Below, in pieces: positions 52,201 through 61,200 of a stretch of DNA of 64,000 nucleotides. Numbering within the stretch: position 1 is the first letter of the stretch; every line of letters starts with the position of its first letter. Source of the DNA: Ruditapes philippinarum (lineage: Eukaryota). The stretch covers positions 310,001 through 374,000 of the forward strand of contig NW_026851631.1 of assembly GCF_026571515.1 (NCBI RefSeq), written 5' to 3'. The position numbers and the translations under genes are program-made. Below the pieces are notes generated by a model, which searched no databases, was not told the origin of the DNA, and saw nothing but the letters and a program-made list of their open reading frames with translations.

Positions 52201-55200
52201 CCGTATGTGGTATTTCCTACTTCTTTTAGGTAAATGGTTCCATTAGATATCGTTGGGACATCTCCACAGTCTGCATATATATGAAATCACCATAGTAACT
52301 TCTGTAAACAATAGCATGCATATCTTCAAGCTTGATATTTCCCGAATAAGACATTTTTCTACATTTTGTTAAAATCTTAACATTTTAATTGTCTATAAAT
52401 CATTTACAGCATATTTTGCACTAAAACAATTAAATGGTAATTTCGTTCTGCTTTAAACATTCGAAAATAAAATAAATTAAAGGTAAATTAAGACCCAATA
52501 AATTTGGACAAGATGTTTATTATATATGTATAAACCTATTAAGTAACAAGCAGGAACATCCCATTCTCCGGTGTCGTGACATTCTATAATGTTTATGGTT
52601 TTATTATAGCCTGTGTTACATGTAACTTCAGCTAAGGCGCCGTATGTAGTATTGCCTTCATCTATAAGTGTTATGTCTCCATTCGATATTACTGACACGT
52701 TTCCACAGCCTACAAAATCATTTTTGATGTAATACATTGATTTTATTTAGGCTTGGATTTCTTCAAAAACATATTTTACATTTAGATACAATTAAAAAGT
52801 TAAAATGAAAAACTTCAGTTTGTTTTCATTCTGTTCGTTATATAATATTTTCGTATTATAACAAAGCTTAACGTTTCAGTAATTCGTGTCCATATTACTT
52901 TTCGTATCGTGTTTTAATACTACGAAACAGTCTGAAAAAGTGAGATGTCTTTGTCTCGAGTAACTTATTTGATATAAGAAAAAGAAATGTAAGCAGTAAT
53001 AGTGTTATTTTACACCTACCTAAGGAACAATGATAAAAATGTCAAACTTCAGTTGAAGTCTTGAACAGGATCAAGTCAAAATTTGTTTTCACAAATTTAA
53101 ACTATATCATTGATTAATAAAAGTAATAAAAAATACAAAAATCGTTTAAAGCGTTCAAAAAGTTAAAAACAAAAAATTATCTCCCTTATTAAATCGAAAT
53201 TAAAGCGTACCCCAGACCCCGGAAACCCGGAAATGTAGGGAACCAAAGAGGGTTTAAATGGGCCAGTTCACGGGTTTTATGTCCCCCAAAAGACCAAAAT
53301 GTTTTTTTAACAACATCAAATAAAGCCACTTTTCCCCGTTGAAAACCCTCAAGGAACCGGTCCCGAAATCATTTTACATATTTGCAAAAAAAACCTTTTC
53401 AATAAATTTTTTATTTTCCCTAATGAACACCCTAAAAAAGTAAAAATTTTTTGATTTTTAAAATCTCCCGGACAAATACTAAAAAATTTCGGGTCTATCT
53501 CCCCTTAAAGAATTTTTTAAAGAAATTATGAAAAAACTGAAATTTAATATTAAAACAAAAAACCCCAAAAAACACTTTCCCAAACCCTTTGTGTCGGGGT
53601 AAAATATGAAAAAGGGAAAAAGATTTGAATAGAGTGGACTAGATGGTATGGTTTATTGTTACAGTATTTTACATGAGTTTTGTTTAAAATATTTAAAAAT
53701 TATAAAACTTATAATTTATATAAAGTTTAACCTGATATCATTTTACGAAAGCAAATGCACTTTTCTTTCAATTTCTGTCCTGTTCTTTAGATCAAAACTA
53801 TTACGAAATTTTCAAAAACTGTGTACTTAGGAATCTCAAATGGTTTGATATTACTTAAGAATCGATGTACCTATTAAATAACATGTTGTATTATCCCATT
53901 TTCCTGTTCCTAGACACAGTATAGTGTCTACTGTCGCGTTATATCCTGTTGAACATGATACATTTGCTATCGCGCCATACGTGGTATTTCCATCTTGTTC
54001 AAGAGTAATTTGTCCATTAGCGATGACCGGAACAGCCTCACAATCTTAAAATATACCTCAAAATGAATTGCATTTTGAAAATGGTCTGACAATAATGTTT
54101 ATTTCATGTATATTTTTTTTTTACATATATAATAAAATGTGCATGATATTTTAGTTTAAAGATTGTATTACTAAGACAAGTATTTCAACTATAATAATTT
54201 CTTCATCCATTATTTTTAAATGATTAAAAGTTACCTAATATTTTACACTGTGGAGTTTCCCATTTTCCTGTTTCAAGACAAAGTATTGTTTCGGAGGTTG
54301 CATTGTAGCCACTGTTACATATAACTTCGGCTTGTTTACCATATGTAGTATTTTCAGATTCTTGTAATGCCACAATCCCATTTAAAACGTCTGGCACAGC
54401 GTCGCAATCTAATCAGTAATGAATATTTGTATGTTCAATCAAATTTATGTGTTGACAACCCATGTGCGAAATTTCAGATTATTCGGAAACTCTGATTTTC
54501 AAGAATAATCAATTTCATTGTTTAAGATGACCCAAAACTTAAATTAAAATTTGGGATAAGAATCGCCCATACAATCGATTTCAATTTGATACTGGGTATA
54601 TTAAAGTTTGCATGTTTCTCCGTTTTAAGTGCAAAAGTAAAAATCTGATGAATTTAAAATTATATATTTTATTATTGATTTTTTAATTTGTTTGATACTT
54701 TAATGGAAATTCTGTCTGAGCATATGCCGACTTTTAAGTTTAAGTTGTGGAGAAAAATTCAGGTGCCCCTCCGTATTTCATTCAGGCACGAGCGGACCTA
54801 CATCATGCAAGCAATGTTACTTTCTAACGTAACTAAAAATGTGTCCATGGACCACGGGTGCCCCTATTATCCATTATTTTGTCAAATCTACTGGGCTTTA
54901 GGGCAAAAAACGTGACACAAGTTTGGGAAAAATGTTTTTTTAAAAAGACCAAATCACAAAAAAAAACCAAAATATGAATAAAAACCCACAAACAAAACCC
55001 CAAAGGGGCCAAAAACATAAAGCTGCCCAAATTTTTAAAATTACAGGAAACCCCAAGGGCAAAAAATTTTTGAGCTATGCATGAACAATTATATAATTCA
55101 TTCTAAGTAAAGATCAATAACTCTAATAAATCAGAAAAATCCTCTTGCAAAATCACAAGGTGCACAGCTTCATAGTGATGTTGATAGTCATTTATTTTTA

Positions 55201-58200
55201 AAGTTGGTTGATTTCAACTCAAGCACTTAAAGTACACATAACACTACGTTTTTTGAATGTTTTTACTACGTCAATGGCAATTACTCTACAAATACTCTAT
55301 AAATCCATAAAACCTCAAATTGCATAACTACGTATGTGACCAGCTTTTCTGTAAAGTTTCATGACTTTAGATCAAATACTTTTGAGATATATCGTACATG
55401 TTCACGTTAAGAATAGCAAATTCGTACTACTAGAAATTCAGGGGCAAGTAGAAATGTGACCATAGGACACGGGTGCCTCCACACTCCATTACTGTTTTGT
55501 CAATCTTATGACTCTATGTCAAAAATGTTTTGGGCTACATGTGCCACAAGTTAAAAACTAAAAATCTTTTACTGAGTTAAGGGCAAAAACTTTACAAATA
55601 CTGAATAAATCTACAAGCGAACTCCAAAGTGCATAAGTACATATGCTGACCAACATTCTTGTAAACTGTCAAGCTTACAGGTCAAATACTATTTGAGCTA
55701 TGCATAAATAAGTTGAAAATTGCAAATGTATACTAAGACAATGGCAATAACTTTAAAAAAATCCACGGGCAAAATCCCAGGTGCATAGCTTCACAGTGGC
55801 GTTGATTTATTTCTGTAAAGTTGGTTAATTCTAACTCAATCACTCAAGGAACAAGTAACACAACATAATGAGACGGTTTTAACTAAGTCAAGGGCAATAA
55901 CTCTACAAAACTGGATAAATCCACGTGCACAACTACACATGCTGACCAACATTCATATAAGGTTCATGACTCTAGGTTAAATACATTTTAAGCTAAGTAC
56001 GACACAAATTAAAAATTGCAAATTTTCGCTAAGTCAGAGGCGATAACTCTGACAAAACAAATAAATTGAAAAGCGAAAACCCAAGTGCTCGACTTCACAT
56101 GCTAATTAACATTCATATAAAGTTTTATGACCCTAGGTCAAATACTTTTTGAACTACGTGTGACACAAGTTGAAAATTGCAAATATTTACTAAGTCAATG
56201 ACTATAACTCTGCAAATACTAAAATAAATCCACAAGAAAATACCCAGGTGCACAGCTACACAGGCTGATCAACATTCCTTTAAGGTTTCATGACTCAAGG
56301 TCAAATACTTTTGAGTTTCGTGAGACACAAGTTGAAAATTTTTAACTTTTACTAAGTTGGATGGACGAAGAGACGGAAGTTCTTACGGGACAGTTATAAT
56401 GTTGCTACTCTATTATTCTCTCTTTTTTTCTGTTCTGTTTAGCCACATAATGAAGATACTACATAAAACATTACGGAATAAATGACATCAAAGAGGAAGA
56501 ACATTTACCTATTGTCCCTCTAACCACTTTATTATTGTCCCGTTTGTGCGGACGGATGGATGGATGGACACGGGTAAATCTAAATGCCGCCCCCCTTCTA
56601 AAGTGGGGGGGGGCACAATAACTCTAGAAATACTGAATAAATCCACAACGGAGACCCCTGGTGCACAACTACATATGCTGACCAACATTCCTATATTTAA
56701 AGTTGCATGACACTATGACAATTACTTTTTGAGCTTCGTGCGACACAAATTGAAAATTGGAAATTTTTTATTAAGTCAAGGGCATAATTCTGACAAAACA
56801 GAATAACTCTAACAGCGAAACATCAGGTTCAAAAGTTCACATCTTGATCAATATTCCTGTAAAGTTTCATGACAATAGGTCAAATACTTTTTGAGCTACG
56901 TGCGATAAAAGTTGATAATGGCAAATTTTACGAAGTCAAGGGCAACAACTCTGACAAAACAGATTAAATTAACATTTTTAAACCTCAGGTGCACAACTCC
57001 ACATGCTTAGCAACATTTCTGTAAAGTTTCATGACCCTAGGTCAAATGCTTTTTGAGGAACGTGTCACATAAGATGAAAATTGCAATTTTTTTTACTAAG
57101 TCAAGGTCAATGATTACAAATGCTGAATAAATCCATACGCAAACACCCAGGTGCACAACTACACATGCTGACCAATATTCCTATTAAATATGATAAACAA
57201 GATCAACAAGGAAAGGTGCTGTTAAATAAACGCAACCCTCCACACACACAGCAAACAAGAAAATCGGCAGGGAGCCCAAGGAGGACCCCCAAACAGAAAA
57301 CAGGCAGGGCATAAGGAAAAGCAAGGTAGGCTAAATCAAAAGTTCCTTGGTTCCAGGGTCAAATAGGTTCTAGCTACGTGGCAACATAAAAGTGAAACAA
57401 CCTACGGATGGAAATGGACGGATAGACGGAGGTTGTAATCATTTTTTTATAATGTGCTCCACTTTAAAAAGCTATTAAAACAGAAATGAAATGAACTTAA
57501 AAGAAAAGAAAAGTTTACCTTTTTGTCCCTCTAACCACATAATAAGTGTCCCGCGAGAGCGGACGGACGGATGGACCCGACAAGGGTAAATCTAAATGCC
57601 CCCCCCCCCCCTGTGGGAGCACAAAAAAATAATCAAAAAGCCGAGCAATGACACTTTTTTGTTGAATTTTACATTGCACTTAATTTTGCAGCAAGACTTC
57701 AAGTGCTCTTCCCTCATTTAGACATGAAAGGGCACGCGAGTAGTACCACCGACGTTCCGAAAGGTAGCTGAATAGGTTTCTCTCATAAAACTAATATTGA
57801 GAAAGTTTTTTTTTCCGATCAAACATAGAATATGATTGGTTTCTATTTGTAGATAACTTAACAACCTATGTCGTCTTTTTTATTTCTGTTATTATTTGAT
57901 AAAATACTTGTACGAACATATATTTTATTTATTAGTGACTGTGGTTAATCTTTTACAGCCGAATTTAAACACCATACCTATCAAATTACATCCAGTAACA
58001 TCCCAGTCACCAGAGTCCCGACATTCTTGATATTTTGCGTCTCCCTTATAACCTGTTTTGGGATGTTTACTTTCCGCAAAAAACGCCGTTTTGTGTTTTC
58101 CCTTTCCTTTTTGGGGGGTTTGCTTTCCCTTTTGGAAAATTGAAAGGTAGGTTACCCCAGTCTAAATTAAAATAAAAAAACAAAAAAATTTTTAACCCGA

Positions 58201-61200
58201 TGAAAAGATAAAATAGAATTGTGCATTTTTTAAAATCATCCCCTTTTCCCGTAAAAATTCCACTGGTAGTGTAAACAGTTTTTTGCCTAGAAAAAATCCC
58301 CGGGTTGGTTTTTTTATTTAAGACTATGTTAAATTTACATCGTTTCCCCTGAGTTTAAAAAAACAAAAATATTTATCAACAATACTATAACTGTTCAACA
58401 CCTTTAGAAATGTGATACTAGTGTCTGTTTTCACATGTAAAATAGTCATTAGATTATTGACACAAAAACTATCAGACTTATAAAACAGCACTTAAGATTT
58501 CTTTTTTTTTTCACTACTTTATTCATAATAAATAGTTTATGTATTGTGCAACATTTTGATAATAACAATATTTACACGTTCAGAGCTTTTATGACTCACA
58601 AAATGAAAAGATTTGAATGGGAGGGAGTCTGGAGGAGAAGGTTTCTTCATTTAATATAAAACCAGATTTGTGAAAATATTTTGCCTTGCTTATAAAGTTT
58701 CACCTGATTATGAATATAATTCAAGGAAGCAAATTAAGTTTCCTTTCTTTATCTTTCCCTTTAATTAAAACAAAACTGAATTAAACTATTAAAACCGATT
58801 TCCCCTAACAACTGTGTCTACGTATGTCAATGTTTCTGTCACGTATAGGTGAATCAATTTACCTATTGAATTACATGTTGCATTGTCCCATTCGCCTGTT
58901 TCTAGACACAGTATAGTGTCTATTGTCGCGTTATATCCTGTTGAACATGATACATTCGCTATTGCACCATACGTGGTATTTCCATCTTGTGTAAGAGTTA
59001 TTTGTCCATTAGCGATGACCGGAACAGCCTCACAATCTTAAAATATAACTCAAGATAAATTTCATTTTTAACATGGTCTATACAATTGTGTTTATTTCAT
59101 GTATGACTTTTACACATTTAATAAAAATAAATATGATATTTTAGTTTACATTTTTATCACTAAGCCAAGTATTTCAAATTGAATAATTTCTTCATTCATT
59201 ATTTTTAAATGATTAAAAGTTACCTAATATTTCACACTGTGGAGTTTCCCATTTTCCTGTATCTAGACAAAGTATTGTTTCGGAGGTTGCATTGTAGCCA
59301 CTGTTACATATAACCTCGGCTTGTTTACCATATGTAGTATTTTCAGATTCTTGTAAGGCTACAATCCCATTTAAAAACGTCTGGCACAGCATCGCAATCT
59401 GGTCAGTAATAAATATTTGTATATTTAATCATATTTATGCGTTGACAGCCGACGTGCAAAATTCTAGATTATTCACAAACTCGGATTTTCAAGAATAATA
59501 AATTTCAATGCGTAAAATGACCCAAAATTAAAAATTGGGATAAGGATAAAAATCACACATAAAGTCGATTTTCAATTTGATACTGAGTATTTATATTTTT
59601 GCATGTTTCTCCGTTTTAAGTGCAAAATTTAATATCTGTATGAATTTAAAATAATATATATATATATTTTTTATTTAGTTTGATACTTACAGAGCACATT
59701 GAAGTTTAAAGATGTACTATGCTCCAAATTTGATTTCAGAAAAATATTAACAATGGATACACATTCTCATTATATATATAAAAATAAACATGTTTTGAAT
59801 TAATAACAAAGTAGAATATGCTATTTTGTTTAACTCTAAACACTATAGGTGGTCATAATAAGAATATAAATTATATTAAAAAAACTGGCATTATTTTAAG
59901 GAAAAGACAACTTTACTTGACCTGTAATAGGGAAAACAGCTTCCCATTCATAAGTTTATTCATTCTTTTATCCAAATCAATATATTCAATAAGAATTTCA
60001 AAATATTTCAATAAATTTCTATGTTAAAAATAATTTACTGAAGGATGAGCAAGGTATATCTTTAAGTGTTGGAGGAAAATCCTCAGGTGCCCCTCCGTAT
60101 ATCATTCAGGTACGAGCGGAACTACAGTATGCTAGCAAAATAGCTTCCTAAAATAGCTCAAAATGTGTCCTTGGGACACGGGTGCCCTGATACTCCACTG
60201 TTTTGTTAATCTACTGACTCTTAGGTCAAATTTTCTTGGGCTGGGTTTGACATAAGTTGAAAACTGAATTTTATTTACTAAGTAAAAAAAGAATAAATCC
60301 ACAAGCAAACCCCAAGGTGCATAACTACACATGCTAACCAACATTCTTGTATACTTTCAGGACAACAGATCTAAGCTTTTTTAGCTTTGCATGAATAAGT
60401 CTATAATTCATACTCAGTCAATGACAATAACTCTAATAACACAAAAAAATTCAACCTACAAAACCACAAGGTGCACAGCTCTTCAGTGTTGTTGATCATC
60501 ATTCCTGTAAAGTTGGTTGATTCTAACTCAAACACTCGAGGAACACATAACAACAAACTTTTGGAATGGTTTTTACTAAGCTAAGGGCAATTACTCTACA
60601 ATACTGTATTAATCCATAAAACCCAAAACTGCATGTCTATATTATGCGACCAGCATTTCTGTAAAGTTTTATTACTCTATGTCAAATACTTTTTGATATA
60701 TACATGCTCAAGTACAAAATTGCAATTTTTTACTAATTCAAGGGCAATAACAAAACAGAATAATGCCACAATTGAAATAATAGGTGCACATCTTCACATG
60801 TTGAGCAACATTCCTGTAAAGTTTCATGACCCTAGGTAAAATAATTTCTAAGCTACGTGTGAAGCAATTTGAAAATTGCAAATTTGTACTAAGTCAAAGT
60901 CAATTACCCTGCAAATACTGAATAAATCCGCACGCAAACACACAGGTGCTCAACTACTCATGCTGACCAATATTCCTATAAGTTTCATGGCTCTAGGTCA
61001 AATATGTTTTGAGCTACGTGCGACACAAAATAGAACCGATGGATGGACGGAAAGACGGATGGACGGACAAAGGTAAATCTAAATTATCCTCTCCCCCTAT
61101 AGTGGGGGCACAATAATAATAAACCCGAGCAATTATACTTTTCTTTGTTGAATTTTAAGTCCAACCAGCACCTTCCAGCTTTGCTTTTGCAGAAAAACTT

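Noticed and set aside
53170-53640. Unusual homopolymer-rich sequence, perhaps another sushi exon
   Set aside because: Looks like low-quality consensus (as do ~8090-8420, 43900-44300, 54880-55070 and 58040-58360); cannot be translated reliably, so it was not counted as an exon or as biology
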